Positions 11,763 through 25,169 of a stretch of 64,000 nt of DNA are shown here, piece by piece. Source of the stretch: Octopus vulgaris (taxonomy: Eukaryota); contig OX597819.1 in the NCBI GenBank assembly GCA_951406725.2, positions 15,500,001 to 15,564,000 on the forward strand, written 5' to 3'. A model generated the notes under the pieces. The model made no database searches and was not told the DNA's origin. It worked only from the letters and a program-made list of their open reading frames with translations. The stretch's first letter is position 1. Each line of letters starts with the position of its first letter. The position numbers and the translations under genes are program-made.

Positions 11763-13278
11763 GTATATACATACATACATACATACACACACATACATAC
11801 ATACAAACATACATACATACATACATGCATACATACATACATACATGCATGCATACATACATACATACATACATACATACATACATACATACATACATAC
11901 ATACCTACATACATACATACATACATAGATGTGGGAATTTTTCCCCTATTAACAATTAACACGGAAAAAATAGATAAATAGTTACCAGGGTAGCAAAAAA
12001 TCACACAAGCAAAACGGTTGTAAGACCTTATTTTTAAAAGTAGAAACTTTGGGTTTATGTGAAATATTTCGTATAATATATATAAATAAATGAATAGAGT
12101 TAAACCATAATAGATTTTCCGGCTGCCAACACAACATAAATTTGTTCCCTGGTGAGACCAGCTTTGTTATGAGCAAGCCAAAGTGTCTTATTAAGTACTA
12201 TTGGGTCAATAGATGAATAAAAATTAGAAATGTCAAACTGGATAAACTTAGTGATTCTCTTATTAACTCTTCACATAATATCAACCTGCTAAATATTGAT
12301 ACATTTACTAATACTAACATTAATTAAGGTAACACCATCCATCCCTCTAGAAATATTAATAACAAGTTTATTGTATCTGAAGTCAATTACAACAGACTCC
12401 CCAGCTAGCCAGCTCCAGTCAAATTGTCTAACCCATGCCTGCATGGAAAATGGATGTTAAAAGACAACGACAACAATGATGATGGTGATGATGATGAGTA
12501 GAAATGAGAGACGTAAAATGAAATAGAAATATAATTCAAATAAATAACAAGTTTTATTAACCCAATTAAGTAAATGCAGAAATAAATACAATACTGTACT
12601 GAACTCTGAAAAGCAATGATTCATTTTAGAATGCAATAGAAACAAACTTTTTAGACAACATGTGAATTCCTAAAGATGTTCCAGCAATGATCATTCGACC
12701 TTTTAGAGAAATGAAACCATTTATTTCGAATTTCTTAAAATTGATCTGTTTTAGAGCTTAAACGATAGGATTGTTTCATATGAAATAAATAGTTTAAGAT
12801 ATCATGTTATATATGAAATGAATACTTAAAAATATGGATATATATATTAGTCAAAACATAGTTACCTGTAGCGAATGATGTGACGATGAAGTTTTGAGTT
12901 TATCCTGTCCTGTTGCCTCTGAGGTTCTGGCTGCAATGACCTATATACAGAAATACTAATTAGCTGTAATTCTGAGAAAATAGGTTGGTTTCCATTTAAA
13001 ATGTATATACAGAAACACAGAAACACACACACACACACACATGCACAAATGTGTGTGCACATTCACTCATATATGAAAAAACTCAGAAAGTGGCAGGCAA
13101 GTTTAAGAGCTCCACCCACTTGCAAACATAATCATCTCATTGCAATTTACCTGGAAAAGAAAAAGACAATATTTTCTTGGAAAACACTTCATATATCCAT
13201 TTACCTACTTATTCATTTATCTATTCATGATTTATTTTTATCAGAAGTATGATAAAGCTTCCAGGTACTGCAGGGCAA

Positions 13279-13338
<60 letters not shown>

Positions 13339-15012
13339 AGAAAGAGAGAAAGAGAGAGAAAAAGAGAGACAGACAGAGACAGACAGAGAGAGACTGCTTT
13401 TAGGCCATGATAGTGAGTTGTCTTTACAAAATTCAAAAGGTGAGAAACACACACACACACACAGACACATGTATGTATGTATGTATGTATGTAGAAACCA
13501 GCAAACACAACCGTCCTTTGGACGGTGTAAGTTTCTTTCGTGGTATGTTTTTCACCAAATAATTGAACTACCGAGAAGGTTTATGTGTAGCACGGCAATC
13601 TGTTTCTGATTAACCTAGGAACAGAAAATCAAATTGATGGCTGGTTATTGTGGAGGTCGTTGAACATATATGTTTGCAAGCGATGCAAAGTAGATCTACT
13701 GAAGTGCTTTGAGAGTAGATTACAGATAATGACTACAAAATATAGTTGTTTTACATGAAAACGAAATTTCTTGTCAGAAACAGCCACATAAATGGTGTCA
13801 GGAAATTGAAGAAAAATGTTGAAACTTTCCCTCTGCAAGTTTATTTTTTTCAACAGCAAAGGGAGCTATTATTTTCAGAGAGAAAAGCTAACGAAAGCCC
13901 CTTCATTCTATCTTCCTGCATAGCGTGCACATAAGCTAACAACGAATGCTGCATAAAGTTAAATTGGTATGGGGCTTCCTGAAAGATATGTATAGCTTTC
14001 ACTAGTGGAAGCAAAACTCTTATTTAAAGGTTGATTCTTTGGGACGAATCATATGTGAGTGTTTGAAAAAGCTAGAATGACAAGGCTAAAACCAATTTGA
14101 AACAATGGACAGTAGTCGAAATATCATTAGTGGATGGGTAAAGAAGAATCTTTAAGGTGAAACAACGGTATTAAAGGTAAAAAAAAAAAGGTATCAACAA
14201 ACATAAGATAGGGAAGGGGACATCACCTTTTAAGTAACTCAGAATAGGTAAAGGTAAGATTGCCAAAGTTTAATGCAGTTTCAATATGTAGATTAAGATA
14301 GTTTGGTATTGCATATTCATCACATATAGTTTTCCTAGTCAACTGAATTACCATCGTAAGTGGACAGCAGAAATAAATAGACAAAATCCTTTCACTTTAA
14401 TAAAAAGATATTAGTCACCGGCAGTTTACTAGCACTTTGGCTTAATAAGTTTATGCAGCCGTGAAAAAATCGATAATGCTTTTGCAGTAAAGTTGCAGCT
14501 CACAGCGATGATATCATATGAAGCCTTACTTGCCAGGAAAAATTCAACATTTTTGTTTAATTTTCAAAAGTTTTGGACCTTAAAAGCAAAATTTTGTGTC
14601 GACTAAAAGTGTGCCTTATAGCCCTTCTTAAGGGCAGATGTAATTTCAACGAGGGCAAAAAGCACTCGTTATTTCACGATGAAAAATCTTTGCTTAGTAG
14701 CCTGAATTTCGCGACAAAATGCTTTATTATAAAACACAACAGCCCAAAGTGCATGCTGTTGGGTGTTAGCTGCCAATCACGCCAATCTGGAGGGGCTGAG
14801 AGCACCCTTGAATCGATAAAAAATCACTCTTCTCACCATAGCAACCACATCTTCCCAGATGGCAAGTTTTAACCTACTCAACTCTCTGCCTCATCGCAAC
14901 TTCTATACCTGTGTCAATCTTCAGCTCGATCCAACCACAGGTCTGGCTGCCAACCTCTGACGTAGCAAAATGTGCACACAATTTTGACCCAAAGCCCCTT
15001 TAATATATATAG

Positions 15013-15053
<41 letters not shown>

Positions 15054-15392
15054 CTCCTTTAGAGACACTTAGTAATTTTAATATTTCTATTATTGAAAAC
15101 AAATGGATGTATTCCACTGTAACTAGGTAAATAAAATCTTCGAACAGACAGTCAGTAGCGACACCTGCGGGTCTGACTACACTGCATTGATAAAGGGCAA
15201 CAACCCTGAAACATGTCTGCAGATGTCTGACTAGCAAGGTGAAGCGGCTGACCTCCCCTGTTCGAAGGTTTGTAATGGACGCAGGTTCATGTGTCAAATA
15301 GCTAGCTAGAGGTGATGGCCTCTTGGAGCTAATCAGCGACAGCTTTAGTCTTATATTTATAGACTACCATATTAGTATGGCGATAACTATTA

Positions 15393-15441
<49 letters not shown>

Positions 15442-16866
15442 TACAACGTTTGATAAGTGCCAACGCACGAAACTCTTGGTCCTTGAACCACTTTATTGCT
15501 TCTGCTAAATCATCATCATCATCATTGTTTAACCTCCGCTTTCCATGCTAGCATGGGTTGGACGATTTTGACTGAGGACTGGCGAACCAGATGGCTGCAC
15601 CAGGCTCCAGTCTTGATCTGGCAGAGTTTCTACTGCTGGATGCCCTTCTTAACGCCAACCACTCCAAAAGTGTAGTGGGTGCTTTTTATGTGCCACCGGC
15701 ACAGGGGACAGTCAGACAGTACTGGCAATGACCTCGCTCGAATCTTTGTATATGTGTCACTGGCACAGGTGCCAGTGAAGCGACGTTGGTAACGCTCACG
15801 CTCGAATGGTGTCCCTTTATGTGCCACATGTACGGAAGCCGGTTGGCTGCTCTAGCAACGATCACGCTCGGATGGTGCTCTTGGCACTCTACTAGCACAG
15901 GCATAAGTTCCAGTAAGGCAACGCTGGTAACGATCATATTCGAATAGCTGCTCTGTCAACAATTAATAAAAAAGTATTTCCATATATATGAGTTCTATTT
16001 TTCCCTGTTTGCACCATCAAACCTGTGTATGTGTAAACACACACACACACACATGCACACGTAAGTCGTTGACCTCGGTATAATACGAAGGCAGTATATA
16101 AAAGACGGTGACTTAATGAATAACTCAAGAAATTTGGTCTGTTTGCTCCCTTGTTTCTGTCATTCTGTGGGCCTTTTGAACAAAATAATAATAATGACAA
16201 TTTCTAATTTACGAGCAAAATCCTCAGATATGGCAGAAAGATATTGTCGATTACGATCGGTGCCGGTTCCTGGCAGGTATTTATTTTATAGACCTGGGAA
16301 ATATGAAAGGCGAAGTTGACCTTGACATGATTCATAATCAGAACGTGTAAGAAAAAAGGTGTAAGAAAACACAACATGATTTCTTTTTCTTCCGTGCTCT
16401 AATAATTCTACCATTCACCATCTTTAACAATGATTAAAAAAATTTCTAATATAAACACAAAATACTCCCAATCTTCAGGTCTGGATAGAAGAGGTAGGGG
16501 TAGTGAAAAATGTTGAGGAATCCAGACCTGAAGATTGGGAGTATGTTGACCTGAGTAAGTATTGAAACTAGATACCTCGTATCTAATCAATACCAACGTA
16601 CTTTCATGAAAGACGTGTAGTCTTATAAACGGAAAATACAGGATTCAGAATAGACATAGTTAGTATAAGATTTAATTTGTAACATTTTATGGAGTGGTCG
16701 GGTATTAAATCTTTTAGTGTTGATTGAGTTGAAGGTGGTTCTGTCTCTAAAACTACTTTTATATATACGAATTAAACATTGAGAGACGTTCATTTTAGTA
16801 CATCTAATTTGAATGTCTTTTTCCTGTGTACTCCGAAGTAATATTCCCTAATAATTATAATATATA

Positions 16867-18486
16867 CAGTTGCGGCCAAAATATTCAGACAGGCATTGTT
16901 TTCGTCAGAAAAGTAGATATAAGTTTTTATCAAAGTTGTTTTATATTCTATAATTTTTACAGACAATAAATACGATATTAATTATTATTGTCTGAGATTT
17001 TGGTTTAATTTGAGAGGATAATACAAAACTTATGGACGATTTAGTGATTTATTGCAAAACCCATGGCGGCCAAAATGATCAGAACGGTTGACTAAAATAA
17101 CAAAAAATCAAAAATGACAGAGAATACTGGAATTATTTAATATTTAATGTGAAGCCCTTTAGCTTCAATCACACCTTGACATCTTCAACAGCATGAGGAA
17201 AATAAATTTTCAATTTCTTGCTGGGTGATCTTATTCCATTCTTCCTGAAGGGCATTCCATAATTGCTTGGTTGTTTTAGGATTTCTGGCTTTTGAACGTT
17301 CTCCTAGAATATTCCACACATTTTCAATAGGATTAAGATCTGGGCTTTGAGCAGGCCAATCCATAACAATAACCTTTTCAGCCTTGAGAAAGTTCATGGC
17401 CACCTTAGCCTTGTGACATGGGGCATTGTCCTGCATGAATATGGGTGATCGCTTAGTTGAATTTCTCAGCACAGGCAAGGCATGATCTTTTACAAGTTGT
17501 TTATAAACTCCTTCATTTACCTTTCCATGTAATCGCACCAAAGGGCCCACACCATCTCCAAATATCATCCACCAAACCATGACACTTCCTTCACCGAATT
17601 TAAAACTAGTCTTAAGGCATTTAGGCGACAATTTTTCACCTACTTTTCTACGAACATACCTTTTCCCATCTGAGCCAAATAACATAAACTTAGATTCATC
17701 ACTGAAATGCACTGTTTGCCATTTTTCTTGAGACCACAACACATGTTCGGTTGCAAAGATAAGACGACACTTTTTATTCTTGGAGCTGATCAGTGGCTTC
17801 ACTGCAGGTGCTCTTGCTTGTAGGTCATGTTCAACTAAACAACGAGACAGTTTTTCGAGATAAAGTTTTCTTCAGTACAATGCTCATTTCCCGAGAAACA
17901 GCAGCAGTTTTAAATCTGTCCTTTTTAACCAACTTTACCATAGCACGATCTTCTCTCTTGGTCGTTTTTCTAGGCCTACCTGTAGACTTTCTTGCTCCAC
18001 ACGAACCACAATCATCGTAGACCTTAAGAATACTGTGAACAACATTTTTTCACTTGTTAACAATCTTTGCAATAGACCCAATACTTAAATTATCCTTCTT
18101 TTGAAGTTTAATAATCTACTGACGAATTGGTAACGGAGTAAGTGGCATTATATTAACAAAGTACACTGCAGATACTCTTACTAATGTTTAGTAAACGAAC
18201 CGTCAGCTAAACAAATTCAAAACATTACAGTTCACAGGTTAAATATACTAAAACACGGAGTAAAAGCAACTGTTTTGATCATTTTGGCCGCCATGGGTTT
18301 TGCAGTAAATCCCTAAATCATCCATAACTTTTGTATTATCATCTCAAATTACACCAAAATCTCAGACAATAACAATTAATATCGTATTTAATGTCTGTGA
18401 ATAGAAAATAAAACAACTTTGATAAAAACTTATACCTGCTTTTCTGACGAAACCAATGCCGTTCTGAAATTTTTTGGCCGCAATTG
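16867..18486 (-). mobile_element. Full-length but defective Tc1 transposon (DD34E, IR/DR-type long TIRs)
   Basis: TA|CAGTTGCGGCCAAA...TTTGGCCGCAATTG|TA. TIRs are ~220 bp with an inner repeat of ggccaaaat. Transposase motifs FSDESKF, QDNAPCH and SPDLNPIEN (ORF 17185-17802), with premature stops. Confidence 0.95.
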
Positions 18487-18576
18487 TATATATATATATA
18501 TATATATATTGATAGAAGTGGCAAGACAAGAAAAGAATGAAAGAGACTTCGATATTATGTAAATAGAGGTATTTCT

Positions 18577-18827
18577 CTGTAAATGTAATATGTGACAATT
18601 ATTCGGTAGCCATGATAAATCTCCGCATTTCGGATGTTGAGGCGGAAACCCATGCCACCATCTCTTCAGTTAGCAGACCATAAAAAAAAATGCCATGCTG
18701 GGGCACCGCATATTTTTTTCGATGGCCCGACAACTGAAGAGATCGCAGTGTGGGTTTCCGCTCCGACATACGAAACTCGGAGTTTTATCATGGCTACTGA
18801 ATAATTGTCACATATTATAATTACAGA
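18577..18827. repeat. Imperfect ~250-bp palindrome with hammerhead-like core
   Basis: tgtgacaattattcggtagccatgataaa / tttatcatggctactgaataattgtcaca. CTGAAGA at 18734, GAAAC at 18772. Confidence 0.65.
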
Positions 18828-19699
18828 TATATATATATATTCTTTTTTTAGTCAAAGCTTCAGCTCAAAACTGTGGCCATACTGAGGCACCGCCATTTTG
18901 CTAAACGTGCCTACATACATACGTACATACATACATAATTACATATAAATACGTACATACATACATACATACATACATACATACAGTTGTGAAAGATGAC
19001 TTGGAAACCGAGGCATACAGTCCATGATGCAGGCCAATTGCCAAGGCAGAAAATGAAGCAGTGGAGCCTTGTACTTTGGTACGTGCACGATATATTCATT
19101 CTTTACTCGTTTATTCCGGTTCTTATTTCATCTTCTGTCCATTGTCTGGAAATCTTGCATCACACATCTGTGACCTTCACGGTGATTCTTTCCTCCTGCT
19201 CTGCTTCGTCCATTCTGTCCTTGTATGATGTACAAGCCTTATCAGTGCATGTGTTTGCATCTGTGTGTGAGCATGCGTGTGTGTGTGAGCATGTGTTTGT
19301 GTGTGTGCGTGTGCATGTCTTGACCCTTAATAATGTGTGCGTGTGCATGTCTTGACCCTTTGATAATGTTCTTGTATCTTTCTGTGTTTGTGTGTTTATT
19401 CATGTTGTTGCCATTGTGGTTGTTGTTGTTGCTGTAGCAATTTGTGAAGTTTACTGTATGTGTGTCTGTGTATATGTGGGTTTGCTTGCTATGTTGTTTG
19501 TATCCATGCCTTTTATATAATTTTTTTCTTTACTTATGTATCTCTATTTCTTATATTTATCATGGGTGTGTGCATGTTTTTCCTTTGTGTGTGTATTACA
19601 CTGTTTGTATCTGTCTTTTCTTCCTTTCTCTCTTTAGTTGTTGTGTTGTGTGGTGTAGTGGTGAGAGGTGTTAGGGTTCTATTCCTCTTTACTGTTGAG

Positions 19700-20345
19700 G
19701 CTTGGCCTGTCTATTACTGATGAGCTTTTCTTCTCTTTGAACTCCTGCCAGTGTCCACCTATTCATTCCCCTATGCTGTGTGCTGTCTCTCCATTGTAAG
19801 TTGCTGTCATGTTTCTGCACTGCCACCCAGTACACTGTAAGCTATAGACTACATTCCTAATCTTACAGTTAACCTGCAGGTTCGTCCTACACACAATTGT
19901 TCTCCATACAAAGGGACAAATTTTACAGATCAGTGACTTTATGGGGGTTCCAGGCCTTTCTACTACTTTAATCCATAGATTTATCTTATCTAATGCTTTT
20001 CTATGTAGGTATGCTAGTTCACCACCAGGGTTAGCATCAATGAACATGACACTCATACCATGAGTTGGCCTTATCTATCATTTTCATGGTCCTTTCTGTG
20101 CTGTTCTGGAAGTAACTCCCAAATAGCAGGCAGATCCCCTTTGTATCACTCCCTATAATGGCCTTGTACCTAGCCCTGGCTCCTTTGAAACGCTAATCCA
20201 GTCCTTTTGATTGTAGTCAGATAATCGCATGTAGTGGATGAAGTGTTGTATAGAATTGGAAAGATACATGCAACACTTCATCAACCACTTCAACAGGAAC
20301 TACGCAACACATACAAAAATAGACAGTATGTTTAGAATATATAAG
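19700..20345 (-). mobile_element. Penelope-like element remnant (GIY-YIG endonuclease)
   Basis: ORF 19763-20056 ..NCKIRNVVYSLQCTGWQCRNMTATYNGETAHSIGE, matching the VVY-x-C..C..YxGET signature. Confidence 0.7.
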
Positions 20346-21029
20346 AACTACAGTGTTAATAGACATGTTGGGATTCATTAATGTTTCACAAAGAATTGCA
20401 TATATCCACCCCTATGTTTATATTCATCTCTCACTCTCATCCCACTATCTTGCAACAATACACACCCTTCTTGGCTCTTCTGTATCCACCCTCTCCTTCC
20501 TACAAGGTAACCATGAATCTCCTTACAGTCTGAATGTAACGATGAATCTCTTTACAGTTTGGATGTAATCAAGGCAAAATTAACAATTTCACAATGAGAC
20601 AGAAACAAATATTTGTAAATGTTTATTATTTCAAAGAGACACAAAGAATAATTCCAGATTATTTTATTGACATGATGAGGTTATAAAATTTCTGTTGCAA
20701 ATAATTTGATATTTGTTTTTAAAACTGATATTTATTTCAAAAGATTTACTAATTATAGGATTGCACAAAATTTAGGAAAAGTACTGTGGGTAATCTTTAC
20801 AGAAAATCAACAGATGATGAAATATATTTAGATAGAATACTTGGAGAAAACAAACTGTGTTACAAAGTCTTATTTTAATATAATTATTAGGTTGTTTGAG
20901 ATTCCATAGTGAGGATGAGAGCCTTGAAGATCAAGAAGATAGAGGATGTCTATTTACCCTTTGGTGATCAGCATTTGAAAATAATGCAGCTTTCTGGACT
21001 CTAACCAGAGCAATACATTGGAAGTTTAC

Positions 21030-21360
21030 TATAAGCAACTGGAAAAAATGCATGTTCACTAGAGCAAAATGAGACCTACACTTGTTAATCGATGTGGTCC
21101 AATTCTGCTCCATGACAACACTTGACCACACATTCCCATGATGACACTACAGAAGCTCACATACTTGAGATACAACACTTTACCATTATCTTCCATATTA
21201 TCTTGATCTTTCACCCACCAACCACCACTTTTTCAAGCATCTTGACACACTTTTTTAAGGCCAAAAACCCTTCTATTCCAAAGCCAAGAGTAAAATCAAA
21301 TTTAAGGTTTTCTTGGCTTCAAAATCTTTAAATTTTTATTGAAGAAGCATAAATGACCTT
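21030..21360 (+). mobile_element. Decayed mariner transposase fragment
   Basis: PILLHDNT*PH...HHFFKHLD resembles the mariner HDNARPH...YSPDLAPSDYHLF region. Confidence 0.55.
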
Positions 21361-21493
21361 GAAATGAATAGCCTTTAAGGGATCATATTTAGAATATTTA
21401 AACATTTGTATAAGTCCAGTTTTTCAAAATTTTCAAAATTATTTTCCAAAATATTATTTTGATATACCAATAGATTTTGTAAGTAATCATACA

Positions 21494-21655
21494 TTAATTG
21501 TTTAAAGTCATTTGAAGTTCATCTGTTAAAAATTATTTCAAGCACTTTACAATATTTCTGTAGAGATGTTGATGTGGTTTAATGTAGCTCAAGAGCTGTG
21601 GAGAAGCTGATATACCAACGTGTTGTAAGATATCCTTCATCTTGTTGCACAGTAA
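21494..21655 (-). pseudogene. Relic C-terminal coding frame of C19orf12-like copy B (after the premature TGA)
   Basis: LLCNKMKDILQHVGISASPQLLSYIKPHQHLYRNIVKCLK*FLTDELQMTLNN*. TAA at 21533-21535 and ancestral stop at 21494-21496. Confidence 0.7.
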
Positions 21656-21750
21656 TCATTTTTTATCTTTAGGCGGTTTACGAAGGATTTGTGGAGCAGA
21701 TTTAAAATCACAAGACATTCCATAAGCGGCAAGTCCCCCAACTACACCAC
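21656..21750 (-). CDS. C19orf12: C19orf12/Nazo-like copy B, last coding exon (G)GVVGGLAAYGMSCDFKSAPQILRKPPKDKK*
   Basis: AG acceptor at 21751-21752. Resembles human [28 protein letters not shown]. TGA at 21656-21658. Confidence 0.8.
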
Positions 21751-22424
21751 CTAAAAAGAGCAAATAAATACAATTATTGAGTAAATATTCTTCGTTCACT
21801 ATCTTCATGTTAAAGCAAAGTTTCAGGGACCTATGAATATTCCTTTATTATATGAAACCATTTTCTATTAAATTTATTAATATTTCCTTTAATTACAGCT
21901 TAACCATCATCATCATCATCATAATTGTTGTTTTAATGTCCACATTTCTGCTTTGTTGAGGTAGATTTTCGACTTCCAAATGCCTTTCCTGTTCCAATGG
22001 CCAGATATATCTTCTCGGAAGAGTGGAAATGAGGGATATTACTAGTATGATGGCCTTGTTCAGTCTGCATCTTTTGCATGAGGTTAAGTGAAAGAGACAC
22101 AAACACACCAACACATACACATAAACAACAAGTTTCTTTCAGTCCTATATTTAAGAGATGAGGCATTATGTACATTATTTACATCATTTACATTATTTAC
22201 GTTTGACAGATATTTGTCCTCGTCTTGTTTGTTGTTAACACAACATTTCAGCTGATATACCCTCCAGCCTTCATCAAGTGTCTTGGGGAAATTTCGAACA
22301 TGGGTTCTCATTCCTAAAGAATTTTTTAATGTTATTATTATTATTGAGTGAGAGAGCAGTGCATGTCATCAAAGTGACACTGGGGTAAAATATATGAAAC
22401 CCAAGGGTACACCAGGCACATGCA

Positions 22425-23940
22425 TCACAACCATGGATCAGGTAATGAAGGTTACGGAGAGGGTCATAGCCCAACTGATTAAGGAGAAAGTCAGCTTGGA
22501 TGAGATGCAGTTTGGTTTCGTGCCAGCGAAAAGCACCACTGATGCCATATTTCTGGTAAGACAGCTGCAGGAGAAATACCTAGCCAAAGATGAGCTCCTG
22601 TACCTGGCTTTTGTTGACATGAAGAAAGCCTTCGACAGGGTCCCCCGATCCCTTATCTGGTGGTCAATGAGGAAACTAGGGATAGATGAATGATTAGTGA
22701 GAGCTGTACGAGCCATGTACAGGGATGCTGCTAGTAAGGTGAGGGTTGGTGACGAGTACAGTGAAGAATTCTGGGTAGAGGTAGGGGTCCACCAAGGTTC
22801 AGTCCTCAGCCCCCTCCTATTTATCATAGTCCTTCAGGCAATAACGGAGGAATTCAAGACAGGATGCCCCTGGGAGCTCCTATATGCTGATGACCTTGCT
22901 CTAATTGCTGAGTCACTATCAGAACTGGAGGAGAAGTTTCAGGTGTGGAAGCAAGGATTAGAATCAAAGGGCCTTAGAGTCAACCTAGCTAAAACCAAAG
23001 TCCTAAGAAGTAGGAAGGTTGACAAATCACAAACGCCTTCAGGTAGATGGCCCTGCTCGATCTGTAGAAAAGGCGTAGGTAGAAAATCTATAAGATGCAC
23101 CAAGTGTAAGCTATGGACATATAAGAGGTGCAGCAATGTCAAAGGAAAGCTAACTAGGAAAATAGTTTTTGTATGAGGCAGATGCTCAGGAGCAGTAAAC
23201 ACTGAAAATGTGCAGAGACCAACCTCCACCACATTCCAGGGAGAAAAACTAGAAATAGTTGATAGCTTCCGTTACCTAGGTGACCAAGTCAGTAGCGGGA
23301 GCAAGTGTGCTGAAAGTGTAACTGCTAGAGTAAGAATAGCCTGGGCAAAGTTCAGAGAGCTCTTACCTCTGCTGGTGACAAAAGGTCTCCCGCTCAGTGT
23401 AAAAGGCTGACTGTATGACGCATGTGTATGAACAGCCATGCTACATGGCAGTGAAACATGGTCTGTGACTGCTGAGGATATGCGTAAGCTCACAAGAAAT
23501 GAAGCCAGTATGCTCCGATGAATGTGTAATGTCAGTGTTCATACTTGACAGAGTGTAAGTACCTTGAGAGAAAAGTTGGACCTAAGAAGCATCAGTTGTG
23601 GTGTGCAAGAGAGACGTTTGTGCTGGTATGGCCATGTGGCAAGAATGGATGAAGATAGTTGTGTGAAAAAGTGCCACACCCTAGCAGTTGAGGGATCCTG
23701 TGAAAGAGGTTGACCCAGGAAAACCTAGGACGAGGTGGTGAAGCACGACCTTCGAACTTTAGGTCTCACCGAGGAAATGACTAGAGACCAAGACCTATGG
23801 AAGTATGCTGTGCGTGAGAAGACCCAGCAGGACTAGTGAGACCATAACCTGTGGCCTCTACTTGGGATGTAGCCAGTCCACTTATGCATACCCTTCTTTC
23901 TTGGGACACAAAACTCTACTTGTGAAACCTGTTGAGGCAA
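22425..23940 (+). mobile_element. RTE-clade LINE, paralog of 990-2495
   Basis: GVHQGSVLSPLLF, YADD and a zinc-finger-like insert; multiple stops. Confidence 0.92.
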
Positions 23941-24310
23941 GTTAGAAATCAGAATCAAAATCAAAATCGATCAACATCAATGGAAATTGTAGCTGTGATA
24001 CCAGTGCCAGGGGCACGTAAGAGAACCATCCAAATGTGGCCGTTGCCAGCTTGCCTGGCCTCCGTGCTGGTGACACATAAAAATCACCATCCGATCGTGG
24101 CTGTTTGCCAGCCTCGTCTGGTTGGCGTTAGGAAGGGCATCCAGCCATAGAAACATTGCCAGATCAGACTGGGCCTGTTGCAGCCTCCTGGCTTCCCAGA
24201 CCCCAGTTGAACCGTCCAACCCATGCTAGCATGGAAAGCGGACGCTAAACGTTGATGATGATGATGATGTTGATGATGATGATGATCTCATATCAAGATT
24301 TATTTATTTA

Positions 24311-24365
<55 letters not shown>

Positions 24366-25169
24366 TGATGAAGGCTGGCGGGTATATCAACTGAAACATT
24401 GAGTCAACAACAAACAAGACGAGGACAAATATCCATCAAATGTAAATAATGTAAATAAGGTAAATAAAGAGAAATCTGCAATGGCTTGTGATTTGATTAT
24501 TTATATAAAGAATATATACATATATAGGTGCAGGCATGACTGTGCGGTAAGAAGCTTGCTTCCCAACCAGATAGTTCTGGGTTCAGTCACGCTGCATGGC
24601 ACCTCGGGCAAATGTCTTCTACAGGGTGCTCAAACAGTCTCTCCGCAGTGAAATTTTTCATCCTGACTCTCCAAAATGTATTTGGTAGATGGAAACTGAA
24701 AGAAGCCCATCGTATATATATATATATATATATTTCTAACAACGTTCTAACATGAAATATTCCAGAAGGAAGAACAAGCCTACAACTTGGGAAGATGTTT
24801 CTTATGGGCCGAAGCTGGAAACCCTTGGGGCACTTGCTCACATTTCTATTAGGTTGTCATGGTTACAGAATGTTGATAACATAGTAGCAATATATTTATA
24901 TGAAAGGTCTTTGAAAGCTGCATACAAACTAACTCTCTCTCTCATTGTACCCCTCTCTCTTTGTCCTTCTCTTTCTCTCTTTGTCCCCCTCTCTCTCTCA
25001 TGGGAATGTTGCTGAGGAGATAAAACAAAGACAGTAATCTTGAAGCCACATTAATAATGTGAATTGAATTATGACAAACCCAGAAAATATATCAATAGTA
25101 AACAATATGAAACAGCTTCATATGATGTAAAACATTTGCCAAAATGAATATACAATACTGATAACTTAC

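Larger units (their letters stand above)
1..13460 (+). repeat. Segmental duplication unit A (left end runs off the window)
   Basis: Colinear, near-identical blocks shared with 21373-30240 (ORF pairs 458/21893, 959/22394, 10348/28278, 12457/29320). Similarity ends in the (CA)n tract after aaaggtgagaaa. Confidence 0.95.

Noticed and set aside
13490-15390. Possible decayed Penelope RT or host exons
   Set aside because: Only faint motif hints with many stops in the frames I read; cannot be supported without a profile search.
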